Origin: Octopus vulgaris
Lineage: Eukaryota
Direction: 5' to 3'
Length of the DNA: 64,000 bases
Assembly (NCBI GenBank): GCA_951406725.2
Contig: OX597818.1
Coordinates: 37,200,001-37,264,000, forward strand
The position numbers and the translations under genes are program-made. How positions within the stretch are numbered: position 1 is the first letter of the stretch; the number at the start of each line of letters is the position of its first letter. Below the pieces are notes generated by a model, which ran no database searches, was not told the DNA's origin, and worked only from the letters and a program-made list of their open reading frames with translations. Shown here in pieces: positions 25,418 through 38,399 of this stretch.

Positions 25418-25969
25418 ACCCTTTAGCATTTAAACCAGCTATATCTGACCAAAATATTCTAGTTATGTTCAAACTGGTCAAATACAGTCTCTCTCACCTA
25501 CCCTACAATGCCATACTAAAAGTATCATAAGTGGAAAGTGTAACCGCTCACAACATCATAAGCGGAAAGGGTAACCTCTCGAAAGAGCTGTTCTTCACTC
25601 CTGTTCCAGAGCGTGGGCTGCGGGGTCACTCCGAAAAGCTCTATCAACAACGATTTCATCTCAATCTAAGGAGAGGGGCTTTCTCCATCCGGGTTGTGGA
25701 TCTGTGGAATAAGCTGCCGGACGAGATAGTGAAGATGCCGACGACCGCTCGGTTCAAAGTCTCTCTTGACCAGAAATGGCCTGAACTCTTTGTATGACCA
25801 CCCTCCCTGTCCCCCTACATGGACTTGCTTTTGCTTTTTGAGCCAATAAAAATTGAATTGAATTAAACAATCCCATAATCGAAATTTCAAAGCTACAAGA
25901 TAATTAATTCTAAACAATCTGAATAAAAAAGCAATACATTTGACAAATTAATCTGAATGCTTAAGAGTT
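25418..25969. mobile_element. piggyBac-type MITE interrupted by a CR1 fragment
   Basis: ccctttagcatttaaacc...ctacaatgccatactaaaa [CR1] aaacaatc...ctgaatgcttaagagtta. Confidence 0.75.
25524..25865 (+). mobile_element. CR1/L2-group LINE 3' end
   Basis: ORF 25531-25797 GLRGHSEKL...RRGAFSIRVVDLWNKLPDEIV..FKVSLD is a typical CR1 ORF2 C-terminus; aataaa and (aattg)n tail. Confidence 0.9.
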
Positions 25970-26233
25970 ATGGTCAACTTTATATTCATTTCTGAGCCTT
26001 TTATTGGTTGGTCAATCATCTCTGGGACTATTAAGCTCTTTGTAAACTAGGCAATGGTAAAAAAGGGTATTTGACTTCTAAGCTAGATGTCTTGAATGTC
26101 AAAACTTTTGTCATGACAGCTTTTGCCTCAGGAGTTATAAAATTTACATTTTGTTTTCTTGTTCCAAAATTGTACTTATAACGTTTTTTATTTTAATTTT
26201 TTTTAATATTAATGCTATATAAAATTAATCTAA

Positions 26234-26449
26234 TCTCCTTTCTACTATAGGCACAAGGCCTGAAATTTGAAGGGAGGGGACTAGTTGATTACATCAACCC
26301 CAATGTTTCACTGGTACTTAATTCATCGACCCTGAAAGGATGAAAGGCAAAGTCAACCTCGGCAGAATTTGAACTCAGAATGTAGCGATGGGCAAAATAC
26401 TGCTACGCATTTAATCCGGCATGCTAATGATTCTGCCAGCTTGCCACCT
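26234..26449 (-). mobile_element. Family B SINE
   Basis: Full head and core; 14-bp TSD taaaattaatctaa at 26220-26233 and 26450-26463. Confidence 0.9.
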
Positions 26450-26542
26450 TAAAATTAATCTAACCTAACATGTTTAAAAATATGATTTTCTACAGTTTCT
26501 TTCTGGTGACCTACTTGCTAAAATCTGGTCACACTGTACATT

Positions 26543-26550
26543 AGTCAAGT

Positions 26551-26593
<43 letters not shown>

Positions 26594-26599
26594 CATACA
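26543..26599. repeat. (TA)n/(TACA)n microsatellite
   Basis: Direct reading. Confidence 0.95.
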
Positions 26600-27116
26600 G
26601 AGAAAGAGATAGATATTGGTTTTACGGTTTTATGCTCTCAACTCCTGAGGGAGTTATATGTTTACCATTGTGACATACAGCTTGTCTCAGGCATTTTTTT
26701 AGATTTAGCTGAGCCCATACCTCTCCAGGTCTGGCCTCAGCAGATTCCTTCCAGAATAGGAGAAAGAGACATGCACAGAAAGAAAAGTAAAAATCAGCCT
26801 CAGTAAAGGACTAGTACTTTATTTATTGACCCTGAAAGGATGGAGCGCAATATCCAATGCTCTAATGACTACCAAATTACCACCTTACACACACACATAC
26901 CCAGAGGAAAACAATTAATTATGCTATTCATCATTGTTCAGTTTCACACATGCACATAAGGGATATATATGTTTTCTTTCAAACAATATTGGGAGTAAAT
27001 ATAAAAGATGACAAGGGGTGATATGTCTGTAGGACACTTGTAAATTTCTCATTGGTTAAGATTGGTCACATGATAGGATTTATCACAAATTTGCAGGTTA
27101 CTAATGCTATACTACT

Positions 27117-27374
27117 GTGGAGGTGCGTGGCTTAGTGGTTAGGGTGTCAGTATCATTATCGTAAGATTGTGGTTCCGATTCCTGGACCAGGCGTCACGTT
27201 GTGTTCTTGAGCAAAACACTTCATTTCACGTTGCTCCAGTCCACTCAGCCGGCAAAAATGAGTAATGCTGTGATGGACTGGCGTCCCGTCCGGCTGGGGA
27301 ACACATATGCCATTGAAACCAGGAAACCGGGCCCATGAACCTGGCTAGGCTTTAAAAGGGCGTATTTATTTATT
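27117..27374 (+). mobile_element. Family D tRNA-headed CORE-type SINE
   Basis: tggcttagtggttaggg, gtgttcttgagcaaaacac CORE-like block, (attt)n tail, 15-bp TSD taatgctatactact at 27102-27116 and 27375-27389. Confidence 0.92.
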
Positions 27375-28297
27375 TAATGCTATACTACTACGATGTAGCA
27401 CATTCAGATCAAAGATTATCATTGTCATGAGCATTTACTCCATAGGTTTGGAACTTGCTGTAAAGCTGATTTTTTTATGAATTAGGACCTTCAAAGATCT
27501 TCCTCCAGTGGCTGCAGTTGGATAATATTTCTGAACTCCATTTAAGAGATGTTCCAGGTTGTTGAAGAATCTGAAACTTCTTGATCAGGCAATGCCTGCA
27601 ATTCCGTAATCTATTTAAGCAAGATGTAGCCTAATAGATGAGTGTGTGAGGGGGGGGTGCATGTCTGTCTTAAAATTTTTGTAGGAAATGTTGAAACACT
27701 ATATGAAGTATTTGTAAAATGACTGTTAAAACCTTATCTTGCAAATCCTTTGTGAATGATCATTCAGGCATAATAGGTAGATAACTATGAAGAGAATGTA
27801 TGTTTTGTTCTGGTGATAAGGGCTCTTTTTACTTTATGTAATCTGAACTTCATTGTTTATCCTGAATATTGACAGAAAACAAACTCTTTCTTTCTTCCTT
27901 TTTATTTATTTATTTTGTTTTTGTTTTTTGCTATTACAAGGAAAAAAATTAATATAATATAATGTTTATTAGCTTATTATAGAAGATATTTTTAACAGTG
28001 AAAATACTATTAAGCATGTGTGTACAGCAATTAAATCTTGAAGAAATTCTGGATTTTGAATTAGGAAACATTTTGATTGATTAGGTGTTTGTAAATTGAT
28101 TATTTAACCGAAAATATAGTTAAACATGGATTGAAAGTTAAGACAGCAAGATATTATTTTGTGAATATGAATTACAACAGGTTTTGTATTCTTTAACAAT
28201 GACTGCTGTGTCCATCAATCAAAATTTAAATGATGAGGAGGGTTAGTAATCTTCTGTACATTCTTATAGATATGCGATGTAGCTATCTGTTTCTCTA

Positions 28298-28535
28298 TCA
28301 TCATCATCATCATCATCATCATCATCGTTTAACGTCCGTTTTCCGCGCTAGCACGGGTTGGACGGTTTGACCGGGGTCTGGGAAGCCAGAGGCCTCTCCA
28401 GGCTCCAGTCTGATCTGGCAGAGTTTCTACGGCTGGATGCCCTTCCTAACGCCAACCACTCCGCGAGTGGATTGGGTGCTTTTTACGTGCCACCTGCACA
28501 GGGGCCGGGGGGTCCGGCATCGGTCACGGTCGGTT
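28298..28535 (-). mobile_element. Family C element, young-looking
   Basis: Long (cat)n tail, CpG-rich body, ggatgcccttcctaacgccaacc. Confidence 0.9.
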
Positions 28536-29101
28536 CGAGCTTTTTCTAGAGTTGAGTTGGGGGGGTCTAGCTGAGAAAGGTTCCACCAGTGGAAAGAGAG
28601 GGAGAGATAGTGGGGGGGTGCAGGTAAAGTAAAATGATTCGTAGTGAGACAATTATATGATTTGTTTGAAAGATTTATCTAAATTATAACTGGTGTATCA
28701 TTCTTGATAATTCTCTCAAATATTTGACACATTGTCCAAAATATTTCTTAAATAGAATTATCGGTATTTCTTAAATATAAAATAAATTCATTTATTCTAG
28801 CTATGATTTTGTTGGTATGGCTATGCTGGTAAATCATAAGGTCAACTTTGTGTGCCTGTGTCTGTATTATAGTAATATAGACACCAGAGCAAGATGGCTA
28901 GCTTGTGAAGAAAATGAAGGCAGGAGAGTAGTAACTAATAAACAAGAAAGGATGGAAACTTCTACCAAGAGAGAAGAGAATTACTATGATTTTTCTTTAA
29001 CTGAATAATGTAGCAATATGCTACATCATTCCAATCACATATTGGGGTTAAACATAAATGAAAATTCTGTTAAACCATTTTAATACGTAATAAGTTTCAT
29101 T

Positions 29102-29347
29102 CTATCTATCTGTCCGCTCAGTCGAAGTCGACTCTCGGTTACTCGTTGGATCAGTGTCCTCCAGTCAGTTCTATCCTGGGCCGCTTCTTTCAGATTGGCT
29201 ATGTCCATTCCGGTATCACTCTTGATGGTGTCAAGCCAGCGGGATTTTGGTCGGCCTCTTCCTCTCTTGCCACTGACCATTCCGAGCATGATGTCCTTCT
29301 CTAGGGATTTTCTCCACATAACATGAATAAAATATGCCAATCTATGC
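29102..29347 (-). mobile_element. RTE (BovB-like) LINE 3' end
   Basis: SLEKDIMLGMVSGKRGRGRPKSRWLDTI...AQDRTDWR; (atag)n tail; candidate TSD tttcatt. Confidence 0.9.
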
Positions 29348-29671
29348 TTTCATTAGGTACAAATAATAGTTAAGAGACAAAATCTTTGGGAACGGACATA
29401 AATATGGACTAGCCTTTGGAAATAAATTACAAACAACTTTTAACAACAAATTAGGAATCAGATCTAAGATAGTTTTATTATTCATTATTAATTTATTTAT
29501 TTAATCATATCTTAAAGTATATATTAATGAACTTGGAGAATTGTTGAGCATCAGACAACATGCCTTGTTGTATTTTGTAATGGTTTTTTTTTAAATTCTA
29601 TGTTCAAATCCTGCTACAGTCAAATTTACCTTTCATCCAAGGTTGATAAAGTACCAGTCAAATACTAGGTT

Positions 29672-30084
29672 CAGTGTGCTGGATTAAACATTAAGCAAAA
29701 TAATCATGTGCTTAGAGCATCAAGGTAAGGGAAGAACTATAGAAAATGGTAAATGGTTTATGGCACAAAAGAAATCACATTAAACTTGCTAAAATAATAT
29801 TTGGGATGCCTTATATCTACTAAGTCTAGAAGCAGATATGTTACATAAGATTAAATTTGAAGATCTGATAAAAGGCTTTGCGATTAAAAAGGGTAGAAAA
29901 CTTTTGAAAAATAAAGGGAAGTATAAAAGGTAAACATTAGCTTCCATCTTGCTGTTTTGTTTCATTTTGAAAGATAGAAATTGATTTTATGGTTTGTTAT
30001 TGTTTATATTTTGAATTACCTATATATGAGGGCATCAAAACTTTTTAAGTGTTTAAGTGCCTTGTAAATCTTAATCCGGCCCTG
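29672..30084. mobile_element. hAT-like MITE inserted in a family B SINE
   Basis: Ends cagtgtgctggattaa / ttaatccggccctg; degenerate 8-bp TSD actaggtt / actggaat; family B sequence resumes on both sides. Confidence 0.6.
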
Positions 30085-30554
30085 ACTGGAATCAATATAA
30101 CAGACTGTTTCCCTTTCCCTAAATTGTGCCGGAAATTATTACTATTATATTAATTGGTTAATTCATAGTATGGCTATAAATATGCATGTTCCCTTATTCA
30201 GGGTTGGTTGTTTTCTTTGCATCTTCAGTTAAGGAAGGATTAAATTTGGTAAAAAAAGAATTTAAAAAAACACTCAGCATAAGCAACAACTTTGAGTCTA
30301 CAATAGATTTCTTTTATACAGAATTTTGCTGTTGATTTTAACTTTTGAGAAACTTATTTTCCTTCACTGACTTATAGATACCTATATTATCTATCCTCAA
30401 TTTATATTAACAAACTTCTGTTCTATTACAAATGTTGTCCATTTCATAACACTAAATAGAATGGATTCTGCTACACCAGATCTACTAGTCTTATTTTTTT
30501 TTTTCTGAAACCTGTGTTATGGCATTTGAGATTAGCAGAGCCTTTTATTAAAGT

Positions 30555-31425
30555 AATAGCCATTGGTTCAACATTTCCTCATTGGCTGTGTCACTTCTGC
30601 CTGTATTAGTTATGACTCTTCTATTCACATTTTAATAAACTCTGCTTTCCAAAGATCCATCATTTTCCAACCTAATATTCTATGAAGAACTTCCTATCAG
30701 TCACTACTAGATCTATTGACTTCTGTGGAGATGACGCATCCATCTATCCTCCACTTCCTCCTCTTTTAACTCCTATTTCTTGTCTACTGTTAACATCAGT
30801 GATTTACAAAATACATTTCTACAATCAGTATGAGCGTTTTACTTCATTTACTTGTTTCAGTCATTGGACTGCAGCCATGCTGGGGTACTGACCTTGATGA
30901 GTTTTAGTTGATTAAATCAGCCTCAGTGTTTAGTTTTTAAGTGTGCTACTTATGCTACCAGTCTATTTTGCCAAGTTGCTAAGTTACATGGACATAAACA
31001 AACCAACACTAGTTGTCAAGCTATGGGGTCCAAGACAAGCACAACACACATACACATGTTGAGCTTCCAAGCTGTGTCCATCTACCAAATCCACTGACGA
31101 GCTATTGTCAGTCCAGGAGTATAGTAGAAGATGCTTACTCAAGGTGCCACACAGTGGGACTGAACCTAAAACCTCATGGTTGCAATGCAAACCTCTAAAC
31201 TATACAACCATGCCTGTGCCTATCTCCCCATTCTCTGAAAGTGCTGCAACACTTCTCAGACTATTATGAGCAATCTCTCACAATTCCTCTTTTAATTCAG
31301 CCTCATATTATCAATATTGTTAAAAACTACATCAAAGAGATTTGTTTCTCCATTCAGAGCCAAAAAATGTCAGCCTTTAACAATATTTAACTCTCTACAA
31401 AGCCCAAATATACCATACAATGGCT
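30555..31425 (+). mobile_element. Very decayed CR1-group RT fragment, split by a family A SINE
   Basis: NFLSVTTRSIDFCGDDAS (cf. NDLLS.T.N.IH.YADDST) and ctctacaaagcccaaata = LYKAQI. Confidence 0.45.
30840..31222 (-). mobile_element. Family A SINE
   Basis: cttgtttcagtcattggactgcagccatgctg...caaggtgccacacagtgggactgaacc. Confidence 0.85.
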
Positions 31426-31637
31426 TGCTTCTTTTTTTGTTTATATCTAGGTTGCTATACCACATTTTATCACAGGCATCATAAACTACATAAGAAAGAA
31501 AGTTTTTTTTTGCCTAATCAAGAAACTCTCTGTAACTGAAAATCAATGAACTTTGCTCTCAAAATGTCCTGCTTGCCATCCACCTACACTTAAATTGATT
31601 TATTACAGTTTCTTCTCCTGTTTATCAGCCCATACAT

Positions 31638-31840
31638 GAGCCGATGGTGAAACCTATACATGGTTGCTCAACCTGCTACTAAAGTACCCAAATCTCTCTC
31701 AATTTGAATGGTACTATCTCAGAAAGGATGCACACTTTGGATAATTTAGTCCTAGCTATCTGTAGAAAAACGAAGATAGGATGTTCATGGATGGACTGTC
31801 TTAATAAAGTTTTTCTCTATCAGATATGACTAACATTAAC
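31638..31840 (+). mobile_element. Family E element, decayed
   Basis: gagccgatggtgaaacctatacatggttgctcaacctgcta...ccaaatctctctc. Confidence 0.65.
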
Positions 31841-33494
31841 CATCACGCCATACTCTGCACCAAACATCATGTGCAATCCTTCACTTCATCTCCAGGATTA
31901 CTTACCTATGAGCCTCTACTTTCACTCTTCAATACATTTATGCATTACACTAACCACCAATATAATAAATATACAGATTAACCAAATCAATGTTCTTCAG
32001 CTTTATATCTCACTAGTCTTTAAAAGCCCTACATACAGATAAGCTTTAGACAGAAAAACATTCACGGTTTTTATGCCTCAGCACATCTTCAACTGATTAA
32101 TGTTTCGGATGTAAGGATTCTCTTTCGTGTGTATATTCAAGAATGACTTTCTGCTTTAGTTCCTACTAAAAGATAATCCTTGCATTACCTAGAAACTGGA
32201 AGATATTGAGCTACTATCAGAGGATTATTATATCTCCCTTAAGTAGTGGAAACTATTTTCCTTCACATTGTTAGTTAACTTTAGATAAAGAGATACTCAG
32301 AGAAAATTTGAATACTACAAGATTGAATATTACCACTTGGTCTAGATTAAGCATTTCATTATGTTATTTAACAAAAGTGTCTTATTGAAAGAGAAGGTAG
32401 ATATTCTAATACTTCCTTGTGTGTAAGCTGAAAAATAAGTTAAAATCTATTGTATTTGTATTTATAAAGTACGTTTAAAAAGAAGTGCAGTCGTAAAAAA
32501 AAAGAATTCGTTCCTTCACAAGCTACACATTATTCATGAAAGTATAAGTGGTATTGAATTTTTAAAAGATTTGAAAGATTACATAGTTTGTATGATTTTC
32601 ATTCTTTTTTTAACATTTTTTTTTTATCAAAATATATTACAAAAATGACAGCTTTGAGTTTCAAAATTGATTGAACTATTAAGTTAGTAGAACATGATGA
32701 TTTCAATGTAACATACTAAATGAATTTAGGAGGAGGTAAAGAATTAAAATTAACTTTTATCAAATTATTTATATCAGAGCTGTGCTTCAAGATTTCCTTA
32801 TCCTACACAATAAGCAGGAGTATTTTTAAAGATATTTAGATTTTCCTAGTAAGATAAGTCTAAACTGTGTTGGAAAACAATTCTTCAAAGAAATCTTACT
32901 GAATTAAGTTTACGTAATACCAGAACGGCCTCCGTGAGCACATGAGCTTTTCTTGTGATTGCAGATTCTCTTCTGAGACTTTACACTGAATTTGTTGCAA
33001 GAAAATTTAATTAATATAAAATAAAGAATGTATTTTGTAGATTTAGTTCAAAGACTGTGGGTTTGCAAGTTTGCTTATTGCAACATGAAAAGAAATTAAT
33101 GATGTTTGCCAAGTGATTTAATTTTACCGTTTTCTAAATAGAAATTTTTCAGGGTGTATTTCCTGAATTTTTTTTCTTTTTTCTTTAAGTTATGAACTAT
33201 TTTTATTTTATTGGCTACCTGTCAAGAATTATTTGATTTGATTTATAATATAAAAAAAAAAAGAAAATAATTAAATATATATCATTAGCTTGACACTACA
33301 CTCAAAACTGCTCTGCATTTTTTTAATGTATTTTAGTTAAGACAAGACATAGCTAGGAATTATGAGGAAGGCAAACTAAAATCTCGCTAACTAGGATTAT
33401 ATTTGCTTCTTATTACAAAGAAAAAATGAAATCAACAGTGTTATGCTAACATCCTGATAAATGCAAGCATAATTTTGTGGTTCAAAAATCACTT

Positions 33495-33745
33495 TGTAAC
33501 CGCTTGATTTTGGGTTCAGTCCCACTATATGGCACCTGGTGCAATTGTCTAAGGTTTTAGGCCAACCAATGCCTGTAAGCAGATGGAAACTGCATAGGAG
33601 CCCTTATATGTGTATGTGTGCACTCTCTTATACCCCAAATGCATGACAATCTGTATTGGTTTGTTTACATCCCCAAAACAGCTGTTCAGCACAAAATGAC
33701 CAAATAGATTTGTTTGGTTAAACCCCTTCAAGTTGGTGCTCCAGT
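33495..33745 (+). mobile_element. Family A SINE, decayed
   Basis: gggttcagtcccactatatggcacctgg...gatggaaactg...aaaccccttcaagttggtgctccag. Confidence 0.7.
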
Positions 33746-34290
33746 GAAACAAATTCATTGTATTTTATTTGACCAAAACATTTTTAGTTCCACTTTGGGT
33801 GTATTCATTATCAATGCAGACCAACTGATTCATGAAATCTTTCACTGCATTTGTCATCTGGGAGAGTGAGACAGACAGACAGACAGATTTAGTGTATATA
33901 GTTCAGTATTTTAAAAGTTGAGTGTGTGTATGTTAGCTTAAGTCAACCACTAAAACTTACATTTGATTAGTAAGTGCTTCAATGAGACATACTTGATCTC
34001 TGATGTTCCAACAGCTACATAGACACATCTTGTCAGTTGTTTTATCTGATGCTTGTTGACATCAATGAGAAATTGACTCTACAGATATGTAATATGTCAT
34101 TTACTCATATCCTCCGTAGCTATTTTTTAAACTAAAAATTAATAGGCTTCTTACAATTATCTATGTACAAGTGCATGCATGTGCCTGTGTGTGTATGTGT
34201 GTGTGTACAGCAATTATAAGCAACCCCACATTTAAGATGAGATATTTAATATCTTTCAAATAGAAGCAAACTTTTTTCTTTTTTTTTTTT

Positions 34291-34667
34291 ACTTCAGCTA
34301 CCTTTCCCTCGCTAGACTGCGGCCATGTTGGGGCACCACCTTGAAGAATTAAATTTTTTGCCAAACAAGTCGACCCTAGTACATTTTTAAGCCTGGTACT
34401 TAATTCTATCAGATTTTTTTTTTTTTTTTTGCAAATTGCTAAGTTACAGGGTACATAAGCACATCAAAACCAGTTGTCAAATGGTGTTGCAGGGGACAAG
34501 CTGAGACGCAAAGACACGCACACACACAACAGGCTCCTTTCAGTTTCCGTCTACCAAATCCACTCACCTTCAGCGAGCTGACTAGATTTGGCCTGTCGAA
34601 AGTGCCACACTGGAACTGAACCCAGAACCATGTGATTAGGAAGCAAACTTCTTATCACACAGCCACA
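34291..34667 (-). mobile_element. Family A SINE
   Basis: gactgcggccatgttggggcaccacc...tttcagtttccgtctaccaaatccactcac...cacacagcca. Confidence 0.85.
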
Positions 34668-34681
34668 TTTCAAATTTATAA

Positions 34682-34682
<1 letters not shown>

Positions 34683-34719
<37 letters not shown>
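34683..34719. repeat. (TC)n microsatellite
   Basis: Direct reading. Confidence 0.95.
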
Positions 34720-34721
<2 letters not shown>

Positions 34722-35329
34722 AACCGTTTCAGTTTAAAATGGTTCTCTCTAATTAAAGACTTAAAGGGAAATAACTCAATGTATTACCCTTAAATTAATA
34801 AGGGTCCCTCTATGTTAAAAAGGTCAATTGTAGCCAGAAGCTATGTTAAGCTATTACAGCTGATGAGAAGTATTCAGTCATTTGTTAAGAGGACAAATTA
34901 CAGCAAAGAATGATTTTAGTAAAACAAGCAAGATAAATGAATTGGAATAAGTAATGTTTAGTATGTTATTCAATGATTTATTACCCTGTTTGGTGAAAGT
35001 GAATGGACTCTGATAAACTATTCCTCGTATAAAGATTACTTGGTCATTCTCAACACTCATTTGAATCTCTAAGTTACTTCACTCACCACTCACAATTCAT
35101 TTCAGTCTCTGACACAGAATGGAAGGGCCTATACTTATAATATGTATTTTAATACATTTTAAAGCTTCTTTAAAATTACAGAAGCTTCTCTAAAATTACA
35201 GAAATTATTTCATTTCATTTTAACAAAAAGGAAAACAAATTTTAGATCTTTATTTTCATTTTCTATTGATTCTCATAATATTGTTAGTTATTTTATAGTG
35301 TCTTATGTGAATGAATATTCTTTAGTACA

Positions 35330-35597
35330 TCAACATCAAAAAAATCAATTGGAAATTGTAGTTGTGATACCTGTGCCGGTGGCACGTAAAAAGCACAAAC
35401 ATACACACACACACAAACATACACACACACACAAACGTATACATATATACGACGAGCTTCTTTCTGTTTCCGTCTACCAAATCCACTCACAAGGCTTTGG
35501 TTGGCCTGAGGCTATAGTAGAAGACACTTGTCCAAGGTGGACTGAACCCGGAACCATGTGGTTGGTAAGCAAGCTACTTACCACACAGCCACTCCTA
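35330..35597. mobile_element. Family C fragment (+) abutting a family A 5' half (-)
   Basis: gtgccggtggcacgtaaaaagcac runs directly into (ca)n...ttccgtctaccaaatcc...ccacacagccactcct. Confidence 0.75.
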
Positions 35598-35889
35598 CGT
35601 CTTGTTTGTTTTTTGTTTTTATCTTACATAAAAAGGGAATAAGTTAAATTTATTGTAAATAAGTTTCATTACATAAAGAGATCAAATGTGATAATCTTTT
35701 GTATATTCTGCTGCTGTACAACAACACCATTGTAATGTAGAATACAATTGACTTCTTCAACCATCTCTACCTGACTACTGCATCATTTATTTATCTCTTT
35801 TATTCCTATCCTATTTTGGTGTTATATACTTTGGCCAAAGTAGTTTTTCTGGGGTTTTTGCATTACCCATACAAGGCATTTTGTTTGTT

Positions 35890-36359
35890 CGTGGTCCACT
35901 TATGCACACCTTTCCTTCTTGGGACACAAAACTCTACTTGTGAAGACCTGTTGAGGCAAGTGAAAATCAAATCAAAAATCGAAATTGATCAACATCAATG
36001 CAAATTGCAGCTGTGATGTATGTAAGAGAACCATCCAAACGTGGCCGTTGCCCCGACTGGTCTCGTGCCAGTGGCACGTAAAAAGCACCATCCGATCGTG
36101 GCCGTTGTCAGCCTCGCCTGGCCCCCGTGCCAGTGGTACATAAAAAGCACCATCCAATCATGGCCATTTGCCAGCCTCGTCTGGCACGTAAAAGCACCCA
36201 CTACACTCATGGAGTGGTTGGCATTAGGAAGGGCATCCAGCCGTAGAAACATTGCCAGATCAGACTGGGCCTGGTGCAGCCTTCTGGCTTCCCAGACCCC
36301 AGTTGAACCGTCCAACCCATGCTGGCATGGAAAGCAGACGCTAAACGATGATGATGATA
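35890..36359 (+). mobile_element. Family C element with upstream head region
   Basis: cttgtgaagacctgttgaggcaagtgaaaatc head (homologous to about 58320-58355 on the minus strand), three tandem units, (gat)n tail. Confidence 0.88.
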
Positions 36360-37274
36360 TTGCAACCTCTCCACTACATTACATTTATTCTTTTTACATC
36401 AGCCGCCCTTCAAGAATGTAACAGTTGTAGTCTGAACCAAGTGGAGTAGGTGTTATTAGCAAAAACCAAACTATTTGAAATACCTAGTGAGACAGTGGAT
36501 TTTACCCTACAAGCTTTTTTTTTTTATCTTCTCCAGGATCTTTACAGCTATAGCTCTAAAGTAAACTTTCATTAAGCTTCAGTTTCCACCTAAATTTAAA
36601 GATTGAATCTCAAATAAATCAAGTTTGTAATTAATGCTTGTAGGTCATAAATTATTCTTTTTTTCTAACAAGTTGAACTTACTGAGCTAGGTTAAGATCA
36701 GAATACTATTTGCTAACACAAAACTATTTACTGAAGTCTGGCATACTTCAATTTCTTTTTTTCTCTTGGCATATTTCTAAAGTTACAATCCTAAATTAAA
36801 ATTTATTATCTAATCTAACTTCAGTTTATTATTGTCTAATCATACTGTAGACACAATGAGGATTATGTGCCAAATCCAAAGAAACTGGTGAAAATCTCTG
36901 TCAGCATCAATTTAATCCAAAGGCAACTTTAAAACATGTTGATATGTTTCATTACTATGAGGAGTAGAAAATCTGTTTTGAGTTCTTGCTATTCAATGGG
37001 GAGTAAAGCATGACAAAGGTGGTATCAGGCCTTGCTGTAGGAAGTGAATGAAAAGATAATTCCTCATCACTCACTGCCTGCAGTAAGACAAACAGCCTCA
37101 CCTCCCATTTATTTTCATGTGTGTATTTATACCCTCCATATAAAAGTAAAAGGCTGTAATGTTAGACTTTCTGCTCCTCATGGTGAACTTGACAATATTC
37201 TATGAACTATCCTTATGGATTAATTTTTCAATATAATTAGTTGATTAATCTGTATAATAATTTGCTTAGATAGT

Positions 37275-37472
37275 TAAGGCAGCAAGCTGGCAGAATCATT
37301 TATGTGCGGAGCAAAATGCTTATTGGCATGTTGTCCAGTTTCTACATTCTGAGTTCTAATTCCACTGAGGTTGACTTTTTCAGGGTCAATAAAATAAGTA
37401 GTAGTTTAGCAGCAGGGTCAATGTAATCAACTTACTCTTTCCTCAGAAACTGCTGGCCTTGTGCCAAAATTT
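37275..37472 (+). mobile_element. Family B SINE, decayed
   Basis: taaggcagcaagctggcagaatc...gagttctaattcc...tgctggccttgtgccaaaattt. Confidence 0.8.
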
Positions 37473-38041
37473 GTTCCTTCAGTTTGTGTAGATAGCTACT
37501 GTCCAATTGTTTACAAATGTTCAGTTGACTTTTGAAAATCTTTATACAGCGTTTGTGAGTATGGACTAATATAATTTTGATTAGTCACTATTAATTTGTA
37601 GTTTAAATTATTTATTTAGTGCAGGGTAATCACTAAGGTACAATGGTACAGAAATTGGTAAATGAATACAACTTCCATGTTAAAGTTGCCATCCAGAGTC
37701 CCTTGACAACCTTCATAGTGCCCTTGTAAAGTATATATGAAACACAATTTCTCATTTTATTGTTCAAATAAAATTTGGGACATTATATACATATATTAAA
37801 AAGTTTGTTCTGCTGTCTTCTTAAATAGAGAAGACAGGTAAAAAATAGGTTTCTTGTAAATTTCTTTGTGTTATCTTATACAATTATCTTTGATGATTAG
37901 ATTTTTTTATATAATAGCAATGTTTTCTCTCATAGCTTATTTTGTCAGTTATAACTAATAGGGAAAACATTAGCTATCAGATCTATCTTGAGTACATATG
38001 ATTACATCATAAGATGCACGTGTACATACTTATAGCCAAAT

Positions 38042-38148
38042 GAGTAACAAGGAAGTCTATGTGGTCATTCGACCTACTAGAAATAGAAGCCAAATCTCCC
38101 TCAAATCACTCCCTACCATCTTAGAAAAGGACACATTGGATAATGATC
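38042..38148 (+). mobile_element. Family E 5' portion (HDV-like head)
   Basis: tctatgtggtcattcgacctactagaaatagaagccaaatctccctcaaatcactccctaccatctt. Confidence 0.7.
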
Positions 38149-38399
38149 ATTAATGTAGTTTACTGCTGTCTCAAGAGGGATTAGCAGATCTTGTCCCTCG
38201 TGTAAGGAATTAACAAGTTGTGCAAGATCATCTGCAGAATCTATACTGTTTTCATGTATGGATGTGAGCTTATCTTGGAGTGACCAGAAGACATTTACAG
38301 TAAATTGTATCTGCTGATGCTTGAAGCACATAATCAAAACCACTGAACAGGGAGAACACTAAAGAATTTTTGAAATTACATCATTGGTCACTGATTCGC

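Noticed and set aside
35935-35968. Hammerhead-like ctgttgaggcaagtgaaa in the family C head
   Set aside because: The core is not CTGANGA and no stem II can form between the motifs
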